From assembly GCF_009914755.1 (NCBI RefSeq), contig NC_060932.1: DNA of 64,000 bases; one strand, written 5' to 3'. The translations under genes were made by a program, and so were the position numbers. Below the pieces are notes generated by a model. It did no database searches. It was not told where the DNA came from and was given only the letters and a program-made list of their open reading frames with translations. Source of the stretch: the human T2T-CHM13v2.0 reference genome, Homo sapiens. The stretch's first letter is position 1; every line of letters starts with the position of its first letter. Shown in pieces: positions 42,310 to 58,721 of this stretch.

Positions 42310-43629
42310 TGAGAGGTGATAGCATGCTGGCAGTCCTCACAGCCCTCGCTCGCTCTCGGACCCTCCTCTGCCTGGGCCCACCGCTGCACTGTGGGAGCCC
42401 CTTTCTGGGCTAGCCAAGGCCGGAGCGGGCTCCCTCAGCTTGCAGGGAGGTGTGGAGGGAGAGGCGCGAGCGGGAACCCGGGCTTTGCGCGGCGCTTGCG
42501 GGCCAGCTGGAGTTCCGGGTGGGCGTGGGCTTGGTAGGACCCGCACTCGCAGCAGCTGGCCCGCCCTGCCGGCCCCGGGCAATGAGGGGCTTAGCACCTG
42601 GGCCAGCGGCTGCGGAGGGTGTACTGGGTCCCCGAGCAGTGCCAGCCTTAGCTGCCTTCCCGCGGGGCAGGGCTTGGGACCTGCAGCCCGCCATGCCTGT
42701 GCCTCCCACCTCCTCCGTGGGCTCCTGTGCGGCCCCAGCCTCCCGGAAGGGCGCCGCCCCCTGCTCCACGGCGCCCAGTCCCATCGACCACCCAAGGGCT
42801 GAGGAGCGCAGGCACACGGTGCAGGACTGGCAGGCAGCTCCACCTGCAGCCCCGGTGCAGGATCCACTGGGTGAAGACAGCTGGGCTCCTGAGTCTGGTG
42901 GGGACGTGGAGAACCTTTAGGTCTAGCTCAGGGATTGTAAATACACCAATCAGCACCCTGTCTCTAGCTCAGGGTTTGTGAATGCACCAATCCACACTCT
43001 GTATCTAGCTACTCTGGTGGGGACTTGGAGAACCTTTGTGTGGACACTCTGTATCTAGCTAATCTAGTGGGGAGGTGCAGAACCTTTGTGTCAAGCTCAG
43101 GGATTGTAAACGCACCAACCAGCACCCTGTCAAAACAAACCACTGGACTCTAGTCATCTGCAGGATGTGGGTGGGGCCAGATAACAGAATAAAAGCAGGC
43201 TGCCCAAGCCAGCAGTGGCAACCCCTCCGGTCCCCTTCCACGCTGTGGAAGCTTTGTTCTTTCGCTCTTTGCAATAAATCTTGCTACTGCTCTCTTTGGA
43301 TCCACACTGCTTTTATGAGCTGTAACACTCACCACGAAGGTCTGCAGCTTCACTCCTGAAGCCAGCGAGACCATGAGACCACTGGGAGGAAGGAACAACT
43401 CCAGACGCGCCGCCTTAAGAGCTGTAACACTCACCGCCAAGGTCTGCAGCTTCACTCCTGAGCCAGCGAGACCACGAGCCCACCAGAAGGAAAAGACTCA
43501 GAACACATCCGAACATCAGAAGGAACAAACTCTAGACATGCCACCTTAAGAGCTGTAACACTCACCACGAGGGTCCGCGGCTTCATTCTTGAAGTCAGCG
43601 AGACCAAGAACCCACCAATTGCGGACACA
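42310..43629 (+). mobile_element. LTR12 (ERV9) solo LTR, LTR12C/D-like
   Basis: TGAGAGGTGA...GCGGACACA; TSD ATAT; CpG-rich U3; tandem caccaatc repeats; ctgtaacactcacc repeats. Confidence 0.95.
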
Positions 43630-44013
43630 ATATGGTTTAGCACAGTGATTCTCAACTCTGGCTGCAATTAAAATCAACTGGAAGCTTTTATAAATCTTAT
43701 ATCTGGGTCCCACTCTCCCAGGGATCCTTATTCACTTGGTCTGGGGAAGAGGCAGGGTGCAGCTGTGGTCAAGAACTATTGGTCAGAGAGATACTACTGT
43801 GGGGCAGACAGCTGCTATGCAAGGTGTTAGGTGATCATATTCTTTATTTCTTTATTCCAGCTGTTTACCCAGTGTATATTCACATGGGAGTTGAGTTTAA
43901 GTAGTTCAAAGATGAACACTTTCTATCCATATAGTTAAATATGTTTTATGTGCACTTAAAAATACATAACGGGAATGTCAAACTTATGAATGCACAGATA
44001 ATTTGCTCAGTAC

Positions 44014-44534
44014 TGAAGGAGAGGCAAAATTGTACTTCTGCCTTCAGGGTTTTTGGCTGGGCTTGAGGATTAAATTGACCAAAGACAGATTAACTGGAGA
44101 AATGCATACACATTTATTTAAAATAAGTTTTACATGACACAGAAGCCTTCATAAGACCCAAACAGGCAGTTGGGGTAGAGCACATATATAGAATTGGACA
44201 AAGAGGAGTAAATTATGAAAGTGTGACAAATGGAGGGGGCTTGGGCTGAGTCAGTTATGGTGGAAAAGTAACTAGGAAGATAAGGATTAGTTTAACAAGG
44301 TTTCTACAGATTGGTCTCAATTCTGACTCCCCGTTTCTAGTGATAAGAATGTTATTTTCTTTGCGGTATATGAAGGACATCTTCCATATGGGGATTTATT
44401 TTCTTCCTTTAGGAGGAAAGAGGGAAGATCAGAGGGTCCTTGTCATACCTACTATTTTTTCAAGTGCCTTCAGCTCAAAATAATCCTCATGTCACACTGG
44501 CATACTTTGGATTGGCATAGTCTGGCAGTTTTCA
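44014..44534 (-). mobile_element. MER34-family ERV1 solo LTR
   Basis: Reverse complement carries ...ggattattttgagctgaaggca...; TG..CA ends; perfect TSD GTAC. Confidence 0.8.
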
Positions 44535-45052
44535 GTACAACAGTATGAAAGTTCCCTTTAAAATAATGAATGAAAAATTACGGGTGTGTCAGATTCAAGA
44601 AAAATATTAAATACATAATAGTATAGGTTCTATGAGGATATTGCAAAAACCATGAAGTTGGTGTGAGATTGACACTTAGGAAACAGGGTATGGGGAAATC
44701 AATGTGCTTGTATGAACAAGTCATGGGTGATCTGTATTATTCTTGGTGATGGCCCATACATCACTTTGAAAATGAGAAAGAAGTGAAACTGACTGTATTC
44801 GATTCCCTAAGTCATCATTTAACTAATGGCCATCTCACTGGATCACCCATTTGCTAAAAGCCAGTTCATTGAATAATTGGCTAACCAATCAACCCAAAGA
44901 ATACTGATAGACAGATATCTTAAACCAGATCTTTTAGTGTTTTGCTTAGAGAAGTGGAAGCAAATGCATGGGAAATAACTGGGATAGGACATAAACTCTC
45001 AAAAATAAAGAAGAGAGTAAGTTGCAGTGAAGTTGGGCTCATCCTGTCCCAC

Positions 45053-46458
45053 TGTTACAGGATCCTTGGGGTGTCACTTTGCCAGCTGGAAACCTCTGTG
45101 GCCAGTGGTGCCTTTGCCTGAGTTTTGCTTGGGGCCATCTGGGGTCATTCCACCGCTTGGCCTGACAGGCTGCACTCAGCTCATGGTACCAGCCTGGATC
45201 CCCCAGGCCTGCCAAGGGTGAGCCAGGTGTGGAGTGGCAAGGGGTGTGTGAGCAAGCATGGGGTCTGGCCACTGCACATAGCCAGGCACACCAGCTGCAG
45301 CAGGGCAGGCAGCTCCAGTTGCTAACATGGGCACTGGCTCCCTCTGAGGCTGTGGCTGGACCAGGTGTACCACAAGCAGCTTCCACAGCTGGCACTGGGG
45401 AACATGGTGGCACCCAGAAGCTTGGAGACACCAGGAACTGCAGAGCCCCAAAAGGGGTGTCACGGCCCTGGTGTGGGGAGCTCTTAGGTCTGGACTCCCT
45501 GAAGGGCCACAGCTCTTCTCTCCTTCTCTCTTCTCTCTTTGTCACCTGCAATGAGCAAGGGGCATGTTTTAGCCCTGTTTGTGTTACAGCTCTTTTAGCC
45601 TTGCCATTTGCAGGGTTCCAAGGTCTCGTCCTGCATCCAGGAAGAATGAGGTACGTGAACAAGTGGAGGGTGAGAAAGGTGATGAAGAGCTTTATTGAGT
45701 GACAGAACAACTCAAGGAGACCAACACTGGGTAGCTCCTCTCTGCAGCTGGTTGTCCCATCATCTTCCCAAGTCTGGCTGAGTCTGGGGTTTTTATGGTC
45801 TTTAGAGGGGAGGAAGTGCGTGCTGATTGGTCTATGGGCAGCCACAGGTGGGCCCGGAAAAAGCACCACAAGTTCCCACTCTGGTCCCTGGGACCAGCAG
45901 CCTGGCCCCCAGGCTTCAGGTCTTCCCCAGCTTGAAGGTGGGGCTTCACTGGGGACCCACCTCCTTCTGCCCGGAAGCCTCTCTGCCTCCTGCTACCATT
46001 CATGATGCCCAGGCTGTTCATGTCAAGGGGCACCTGCAGGCCAGCCCCAAGCTGCCCTCAGCCCCCCTTAGCCTCCCTCCTGTGCTCGTTGGTGCCCAAA
46101 GTCCAGAGGGGGCCAAGGTGGCAGGGGGCTGGCATGTCAGTGCTGCCCTTGGTGTGCACACACCTGGTCAGGCTGCAACAGCAACCAAGCCCGGCCCCAA
46201 CCTTGCTTCAAAATCAGAGTGGGTGCCAGGAGCAGGGAGAGGCCAGGCAGCGTGAGCAGACACCCCTGAGACTACAGGGCTTGGGGGGCATTCCCAGGCA
46301 GAGATGCCCAGGTTTACAGCCAGAGCTTGGGCAGCTGCAGCTGTGCCCAGAAGGCTCCTGCTGGCTCCCTGAAGTGTGCAGCCCTGCCCTGGCAGTGCCT
46401 CCCCACTACAGTCAGTGTCATGGCAGTGGCCTCTCTAGATGGGCTGCTACTCCCATCA
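45053..46458 (-). mobile_element. MER52-family ERV1 solo LTR
   Basis: tgttacaggatccttggggtgtc...ggaaacctctgtggcc to ...ctagatgggctgctactcccatca; TSD CCAC/CCAT. Confidence 0.88.
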
Positions 46459-46895
46459 CCATTGTACCTTAAGAGAAGTTTTTTCTAGTGTCTGAAATTT
46501 AAAAGCCAACTGAACCACTTGAAATTCACATCCAACTAAGCCGAGTTGAGAAATTCATGATAAGATGACTCTGTGATGCTGAGGAGAAACTAAAACAAAA
46601 AGAAAAACCCTCAGTAATGTAACAGTGGATCACAGTGAATTGATTTTTGCTGAAATGGCTTTTTGTGAATTAGCTGCTTAACAAACTAGCTTTCCACAAA
46701 ATAGATTTGCTTTAGAATAGCAGCTACTGTACTTATAGAAAACTGGAATACTTTTATTTTAGGCAAGTCTTTCTATATAAGTCCCCTTCTCTAGACTGCT
46801 AACTTCTGGAAGTGTATCACATCTCTATTCTCCCCAACAGCTTATTCAATGTATTTGCTGGTGAAACAGCAACAAGCCCTATTAAGATATATTTG

Positions 46896-47201
46896 GGCCG
46901 GGCGCGGCGGCTCACGCCTGTAATTCTAGCACTTTGGGAGGCTGAGGCGGGCGGATCATGAGGTCAGGAGATCGAGACCATCCTGGCTAATACGGTAAAA
47001 CCCCGTCTCTACTAAAAATACAAAAAATTAGCCGGGCGAGGTGTTGGGTGCCTGTAGTCCCACCTACTTGGAAGTCTGAGGCAGGAGAATGGCGTGAACC
47101 CGGGAGGCAAAGTTTGCAGTGAGCCAAAATCATGCCCCTGCACTCCAGCCTGCATGACAGAGCAAGACTCTGTCTCAAAAAAAAAAAAAAAAAAAAAAAA
47201 A
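46896..47201 (+). mobile_element. AluY-like
   Basis: CpG-rich dimer with long A tail; TSD aagatatatttg. Confidence 0.93.
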
Positions 47202-47502
47202 GATATATTTGGTACAATTTGGTACAGTGCCCATTTCCATTACAATTTAGGGCACACAATATCAAATCCAAGTATCAATTCAGTCTAGCCAATCCAAATA
47301 TCTATCTATAACTAGAAATGATGAATAGGAGATCTATTTATCTCTGAATATGAGATAACTGTTAACTAGAATTTAAAGAAACAAATAATTAATTGAAAAA
47401 GACTAATTCACACTGTAGATCATGAGCTATATACATTTAATCATAAAATTCAATTAACAATTTCGTTCGGCCATCTTTAATATACAGTAAGAATTCTGAT
47501 AT

Positions 47503-48185
47503 TGTTAGGTGGTTAGATATTGTTAGGTGCAGCTGGGAAGGGGTGAGAGAGGATAGCAGAAGGGCTGTCACTAAGCCAGGCCCTGACCCACCTATGTTCA
47601 GCCCCCACGACCACCCTAACTCTACCTTAATGGATGGAGTTTCTGGTAAAGTCTGTGGCCAGCACATCTTGGAGGAAGAAGAACTGGGCACAGATAAAAA
47701 TCCCCTACAGTCATGAATGCCCAGTCCATCTAGGCTGTAACCCCAGGTAACTTCGTCCTCACTACACAGTCATTACAATAAAATTTACATGTGTGTTTGC
47801 CCCCTTGAGTGAGCTTTCCTAAATGAATTATGGGTAAAAAAAATTATGTGCAGTTTAACTTCAGAGATATAACCTTAAACTGCCAATTAAATAATATCAT
47901 CCTGTCACTAAAACACAGCCCAAGCCTCGACTCCTCCCCATAAAACCCGTAAAAGCACGCTGAGCTCTGTGAAAAGGGGCTGATTTCACTTCACAGAGAT
48001 CAGCCCACTCTCCCTCTGAGAGCGCATTACTATGCTTCAATAAACTTTGCTTTGAGCTTGCATTTTGGTGTTAGTTTGCAATTCTTTGCTCACTATCACA
48101 AGAACTGAGTTTGCTGATCTAGAGCTCCGGCTCTCTTGACCTCCTTGGTTGAAGGGTCCATCCCAATGCAGTATCACTGGCAACA
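47503..48185 (+). mobile_element. ERV solo LTR (copy 3)
   Basis: TGTTAGGT...GGCAACA; AATAAA 48039-48044; homologous to copies 1 and 2. Confidence 0.85.
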
Positions 48186-48908
48186 TCACCAATATATAAT
48201 CCTTCCTTTCCAGTGAATGATGACTTGTTAACTTTCTCCCTTCGGTGTGACAAATAGAATTGTTTCTGTTCTAGTCTGATCAGAACTCTCATATCCAAGT
48301 TCTATTGATCTTTTTTATGTGTCTTCTGTGCAATTCTGGTCTCAGGCTGTTTTATACCGAGATTGTCACTCTTATGTATTAAGTGCAGAAAACAGTCTCT
48401 TGTGTTATAAATGTTCAAGGTGCTGGTTTTAGATACAGTCTTTGCCAGGGGTATTTATAGGGGTTGATTTCCTCAAAGGATCCCTCTGAAATGCATGCCA
48501 CACAATGGGAAAATTTCTTCTATTAGGTGACCTTGGATTTCTCTCTCTGACTCAAATGTTTGCCCTATTATGGCAGTAGAAGCATTTAAACTTAGCAACT
48601 TCAGTCAGAAAGAGTAATTTCCTGATTAGATCTGAGGAGATTATGACCCTTTACTTCTGTAAGTCAATTAACACTTGATGTTTGACTGACACTCAAGTCA
48701 AACATCATTAAATGCTTTGCCAAGCAGCAGAACCTCAAGGTTTTATTGTTTAACCATTCACTACTAGTATATGGACTGAACTAGCATTGTACATGCTGAA
48801 TAAATAAACAAAAACTCCCCAAACAATATACTACTTTAATATAACTGCCATGTTTGTCTATCTCCAAAAATATGATCCTTCTAAGAAATATTTTGTTTTA
48901 ACCTAGCC

Positions 48909-48994
48909 AGTTGCAGTGAGCTGAGATCGCGCCATTGCACTCCAGCCTGGGTGACAGAGGGAGACTCCATCTCAAAAACAAAACAAAACAAAAC

Positions 48995-49027
<33 letters not shown>
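48909..49027 (+). mobile_element. Alu 3' fragment with (CAAAA)n tail
   Basis: gttgcagtgagctgagatcgcgccattgcactccagcctgg. Confidence 0.85.
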
Positions 49028-49029
49028 CC

Positions 49030-49357
49030 CACAGAACACCTTAGACTGGGTCATTTATAAACAACAGAATTTTACTGCTCATGGGTCTGGAGACTGGGAA
49101 GTCCAAGGTCAAGGCACCAGTATATTCACTGTGCAGTGAGGGCCCATTCCACTTGGTTGGTGCCTTCTGTGTGTCCTCACATGGCAGAGGGGGCAGAAAA
49201 GCTCCCTCAGGCTTCTTTTATAAGGGCACTAACCCCATTCATGAGGGCAGAGCCCTCATGACTGAATCACCCCCAAAGGGTCTACCTCTTAATACTATCA
49301 CCTTGGAGTTTAGGTTTCAACATATGAATTTTAGAAGGACACAATCAGTGTGTAGCA
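49030..49357 (-). mobile_element. MaLR LTR (MLT1A-like)
   Basis: agactgggtcatttataaacaacag...gggaagtccaaggtcaagg...tttcaacatatgaatttt. Confidence 0.78.
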
Positions 49358-49729
49358 ATCCTCACCCCCAGTTTTCCCCCTGAAATCCTATAAGGAGAGG
49401 CATCTCAGTCATTACTTTGAATTTGAAACTCGGTTATTCCCATAAAAGGTTTTATATTATGCTCACAAAGGCTACCTCAACTGGGCTTAGTGAACAGATA
49501 CCTTGAAACAAGACAGGTTACTGGCAGATGGCTTAAGAATGGAAAATTTGCCTTGGTGATTTGTAAAATGAGGTAAAGGGGCAGGGACTGGGAAGACAAT
49601 TGACTTGGTGGGGAAAGGGACCCAGAAATAGGCATGTCTTATTCCCAGCACCCAGAAGGGCTGCCTGATCCTAGACATTTTATGACCTTTATGACATTAT
49701 TAATAAAGCCTATAAAGAATCTCCAGGTC

Positions 49730-49930
49730 TAGACCTGCACTGCCCAGCAGAATGATCTGCAATGATGGAAATGACTTCCATCCACTCTATCCAATATGGT
49801 AACCACTGGCCACATGTGGCTATTGAGCATATAAACTGTGGCTAGTACAAGTGAGGAAGTGAGTTTTTAATGTAAATGTGTAAATATAAATAACCCCAGG
49901 TGGCTAGTGCCCACTGTCAGAGAGTACAGG
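49730..49930 (+). mobile_element. MER3-like hAT-Charlie
   Basis: ctgcaatgatggaaatg...tccaatatggtaaccactggccacatgtggctattgagc. Confidence 0.7.
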
Positions 49931-49987
49931 TCGGGACCATGTTCCCTATGACAGTTTTGCCTATATGTTGCCAAAACCAAACGAAAC

Positions 49988-49991
<4 letters not shown>

Positions 49992-50039
<48 letters not shown>

Positions 50040-50162
50040 TGACAAGGGTCTCCCTTTGTTGTCCAGGCTGGTCTTGAACTCCTGGGCTCAGGGCTTAAGT
50101 AATCCACCCACTTTGGCCTCCCAAAGTGCTGGGATTACAGGTATGAGTCACTGCGCCCGGCC
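49992..50162 (-). mobile_element. FLAM-like Alu monomer with T46 tail
   Basis: Pure T run 49992-50037, then left-monomer text ending gcgcccggcc. Confidence 0.85.
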
Positions 50163-52004
50163 TTATTACTTTTAATTCTAACAACAGACCTTCAAGATAA
50201 ATATTAATTTTTTTTACACAATGAAGTTGAAGTTCAGAGAGGTCATGAAGATAGTACAGGACAGAGCTGGAATTTAAACCTAGACCTGTCTGACTTTGAA
50301 GTCTATATTTTTTCCAATACATCACACCAAAGCTACCAAACATATAAAAATACTTAAAATTTTTTATCTATGTCTGCTTTTGTAGATCAAGCCATACATT
50401 TATTATATTTTATTAGCATAAAGAATACAATTTTTTTCTCCATCATTCTCTGTACCTATTTCTCTTTATGTGATACAACAGAAGAGAGTGACTGTTGTCT
50501 ACAGCAGAGGTAGTTATCTTAGGAAACACAGATAGAATAATAAAAGGTAAGGACTAACTTATGACTAATAGAGGCATCAATTGCTACTAGCATTCTGAGA
50601 TATAATTATTTTTAAAGTATATTAGGAAGAACAGTTGCATCTTCTCACTGCCTGTTATTTGAGGTAACTATTCACAGCTGAACACTGATATGGATTAATC
50701 CCGGTATGACTCAGTTCAAATCCTATGTTCTTATGATAGGCCATTAGCAAATTAAAGAATAAGAATCCTACATAGAGCTCAGTTGTAAGCTAACAACTTA
50801 TTAGTTCAAGGAAGGTCTCAAGCTTCATCTGCCGGTGTCATTATGAAAAAAAATACCAACTGCTTGAAAATGTAAGACTTATGAAAATCAAACATAAACA
50901 AATGTTTATGTATTTGAATAAATTCATGAGAAGCAATGCTAATTTGAGAGAAAGCAGAAGAGTATGATACACTTGATAACACAGTTGTAGACAGAACCCC
51001 AATTAATCAGTTTTAAGTGCTCTTTGCAGTTATTGGATTTAGTCTTCTTGAACAAGACTTTAGAGGCCGTAAAATGAGCCAAAGTGAAAAAAGAAAAGAC
51101 TAAGTATCCAAATAGACCCACAGCATTACGGAAGGCTATGCTTCTGAACAAGCAAGTAGGGTCAAGGGCCAGCTATTTTAGGAACAAATGGTACCCAGAG
51201 ATATCAGCTTAAAGGGAGCGCTTAGAAACGAAGAGTTAGCCCTCAGAAGAAAACCAGACAATATACAAAGTAAAAGTTCATGGTATCTGGCAAACTAAAA
51301 GCGGGCCAGACATTCATAAAGAGCGCTTATGGGTGGGCAGTTGGGCATTGACAGGATAGGAGTCACTGCAAGGAAAGAGGTCAAAAACAGAACAATCCAG
51401 CCACGAAGGAGGCTGCAGTGTAGAACAAGAAACACTCTAGGAGGATAGTATAGGAGCCAGGCCACTGAAGAGCTAGGGCGTCAAGAAGGAAGCCAAGGAT
51501 GGGCTGAGGATGCAGCCGCGAGTGACCTCAATGCATGACCGACTCATCGCTGAGCAAGAGAGCAGCTCCCTCAGAGTCCTTAGAGTTCCCTTAGGAACAA
51601 TGAGGTGCCAGCTGGTAGGCATGAGGACTCGGACCAAGAAAAAGCTCAGTTCAGCCTTTAAAGAGGGTGAGACCACTTGATGTGCAATCTTAGTAGAAAG
51701 AGTGGCCCTTTGGGAATCATCATGAATCATGTCTCTCCCTGGGGGCTGCTGAAAAAGATCAGGATGCCAGAGCCCTTACTTGCCATGGATAGATATGGAC
51801 TTGGGCCATGGTACCTTGGAAGGTAGCAAGGACAGTAACCTAATTCTCTCAAGCTTCTGTTTCTCTACCTAAAGGCATAATCAGAGTTAATCCGAGATTT
51901 TCATCACCCCAAATGGCACAGACACACTCTCTGAACCACAGGTGTTCTCTGATAGCAGTGGAAGATGTTCCCCTTTTCCATTTAATATTTTTTATTATTT
52001 TCAC

Positions 52005-52609
<605 letters not shown>

Positions 52610-52963
52610 CTCTTTTCCACTTTAGTGTTTTCTTTCACCCCTGTAAGAACCAGACCCTACTATGTCTTTAGTGCCATCATTTGCACCCAGGAAAACTGCA
52701 AGAGTCCCTCTGTATTTGCTCCTCTGATGGGGGGGATTGTAAGTACAAAAGGCCGTACTTTTCCTGCAGCACAGGGTACAATGTCACTGATTATCTCCAC
52801 CATGCAAACCGGTAAAGGCATGCTTTGGAAAAACTCACATGTCTCGATGCTCTCCCACTAGAATCCATTTACTCCCTTTCTGTATTTACTGTGTTTCCCC
52901 ACACAGTGTGCAAAAGTCGTGGCAGTTGCACTTCAGTGTTTAGCTTGTTTTCTTTATTTGCTA

Positions 52964-53645
<682 letters not shown>

Positions 53646-53813
53646 TTATCCTATCAAAATTCTTTGGTTTTAGTTTCTTCTTGAAACAATTAATTTGGGC
53701 TAGAGTCAACAGAACACCAGAGCTACTTGGAAAACAACAAATTAATCTCATAATTACCATAGAAAACATTAAAACCAGAAAAAATATATTAAGAATATGC
53801 CTATAGAAGTTTA

Positions 53814-55967
<2,154 letters not shown>

Positions 55968-57221
55968 TGCCTGTAGAAGTTTAGAAATATTTTCTGTAAT
56001 AAAAAGAATGACGTTTATATCCTACGGCATAGTATACCCAGAAGGAGGCAAAAACGCTATTGAACAGTGAGAAAGAACATTGCACATTCTCTTTTTCAGC
56101 GGGAAAGAAAAGCTTTATCAGAGGCAGGCTGTTTTAAGGATTAATGTTCCCAGATGGAGATAAATCTTAACTATTGAAATAGTGTTTTCTCAGATCTAGT
56201 TTAAAAAGTGTTCGCTTCTGGAAATCTCTTACTTGTTCCTTTGTTTATAATTATTTTGAACATTTGCTTTCTGTTATCTGTGAAGAGATTTGAAAAGAGC
56301 AGGTCTTTTGGATGGTTGCTTTAGGAGTGACCTCCCTTGGCTTAAACAGGCATTTGTTGGATAACATCTCTGCATGATTTTTAAAAGTTAGCAGAAGTGA
56401 GAAGGGTAATTGAAGTTTCCAGAATCAAGAAAAACTACAAAAGAAGCTCATTTTTATAAATGCTATTCTCTTATATAACCCCCTGGAAGACACCCAGTTC
56501 TCACTTCTAAGAGCTCTCATGAGTCAGTTTGTCATTTGATATTTTGTAGAGTTTGCAGTAAATTAGAAGACGTGAATTCTTCTGCTTAACTTCAATGACA
56601 AACTATTTTGTACTTTAGTTCCTTAAGAAACTAAATAGAGGGAACCTTTTTTATCTCTTTCCTATCTATGTCCAACCTACTCCCAACTTCTAGAACAGTT
56701 TCTTGCATGTAGTGAGTGCCCCATAATTGTAGAATTAAATCGAATTTGGGCAATTTTTCCTTCTTTTGAAAATGAAACTAAAAAAATATGAAGCCAGGAA
56801 GTTTTACCAGTCTTCCCCACAACCACCCACAGACATCAGGCTCTCAAGCATCTGCCTTTCCTGGGCTGGGGAATGAGTATCCTGTCTTCCCTCCCCTTCC
56901 TTCTTCTCCCTTTGCTCTTCCTGCTCCTACCTCCTCCTCTTTCTCCCCTACCCGCTCCTGTTCCTTCCCTTTCTCCTCTTCCATAACCTAGAAGTTTCTA
57001 ACCAAGAAATCTATACACACAAAGAACAACTGCCAATGGGAAAACAAAATATCACTTCATTAAGAGCTAGGCAAGGACTCAATCATCCCAATGCAACGCT
57101 CTCTAGCAAGAGGAATTTGGATAATAAAGTTGAAGTAAGGAAGCCTAAGTCCCTGTGCCTGACTCTAAGATTATCAGGAAGCCCACTTATGCTCCAAAAC
57201 ACATCAAAAACGATATAAGAA

Positions 57222-57534
57222 GGCCGGGCATGGTGGCTCATGCCTGTAACCCCAGTACTTTGGGAGGCTGAGGTAGGCAGATCACTTGAGATCAGGAGTT
57301 TTAGACTAGCCTGGCCAATACAGTGAAACACTGTCTCTACTAAAAATACAAAAATTAGCCGGGCGTGGTGGTGCATGCCTGTAATCCCAGCTACTCAGGA
57401 GACTGAGGCATGAGAATTGCTTGACCCCAGAAGGTGGAGGTTGCAGTGATTGTGTCAAGATTGTGCCACTGCAGACTGGCCTGGACAAGACAGTGAGAAT
57501 CTGCCTCAAAACAAACAAACAAACAAAAAAAAAA
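57222..57534 (+). mobile_element. Alu (AluS-like)
   Basis: Full dimer with (CAAA)n tail. Confidence 0.92.
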
Positions 57535-58721
57535 CATGTAAGAAGATCTTACAGCAAGTCAGCAGGGTCCACCAAGGTCTTTGGCCAGAAGCTGAGAGTT
57601 TACCATGTGGACACAGGAAACAGCAGTAGAGTGACTCGGGTGGGTTTGTCCTTAACCACTCAGGAATTTCAGCAATTCCGACCATGGGTAAAACCCAGTG
57701 CAGTGACACTCTCATGTTCTCACCGACCAGGAAACCACTTACTCTGCTTTGGGGAGGAGTTAGTGCAGGAGTGGGCGTGGGCAGAAGAATGGACACATTT
57801 TGCTTCCCTCATGGACCGAGGTGGGAAGTGGGAAGGGGAGACTAAATGTTCCTGGACAGGAAAGCATAAATCCAGAGTTGGAACGTGAGTTTATGATCTT
57901 ACTCTATTTCTATTTTACAGAGGAAACCAGTCGACAGAGCTGTGATTTGCCCTGTGATTTGCCCTGGGCCTTCCCACAATTCTAGAAACCCATGACTTGA
58001 CATCATTGCGCGGCCACCTGACTCCCAGCTGGCTTCAGCCTCTCCGTTTCATCTCCCTCTACTCTCACTCTGCTGCTACCAAGTCAGACTTCTTTTCAGG
58101 TCCTTAAACAATCTCTGTACTTTTCCATCTCCGTGTCTTTGATGACTTGATTCCCTTTCCTCACTCCATCATTAACATACGTACCCCTCAAGACCCAGCT
58201 CAGATGCCACTTCTATGAGACACTCTGTTTCTGTGCCAGAAACAGTTAAGCCTTTATTTGCGTGTCCAAAGTGTGCCCCAGAGCAAGGATCTGGCAATCG
58301 GCATTTGAAACCTGGCTCCTTGGCTTCTTAGCTCTGACCTTGAGCAAATTACTTATTTTTTTGTTGTTGTTACTCAGTTTCCTAAAATATCATATAGGGA
58401 CTTGTCATGTCATGTTAATGGACATAATATAAATTAAATAGTATAATGGCAAGTATCCATCGGTCACCAAAAAGGGAGCCTACTATTACTGCCTGTAGCT
58501 ATATTTTAGCATTGATGACAAAATATGGTAAATTATATCTATTTGTAGACCTAAGTTATCCCTTCCCATTGATTATTCACTTGCTGAGACTGCAACAATA
58601 GCTGCCCATTTTTTTATCTCTTCCATCCCCACCCAGCTGTCTTGCACAATATACAAAGTCAATACATGTCTGATCAACGGAATGGACTTAATCTGCCAAA
58701 ACAGACCTGACTCTCTATCAG

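Noticed and set aside
42920-43620. Spaced direct repeats superficially like a CRISPR array
   Set aside because: Intrinsic tandem repeats of LTR12 in eukaryotic DNA; no unique spacers or cas genes.
45039-45869. 276-aa minus-strand ORF
   Set aside because: Lies almost entirely within the MER52 LTR; no protein similarity recognised.
40148-48185. Two same-strand LTR copies 7.6 kb apart as the ends of a provirus
   Set aside because: No primer-binding site or gag/pol/env text between them; the interval holds MIR and other old host sequence.
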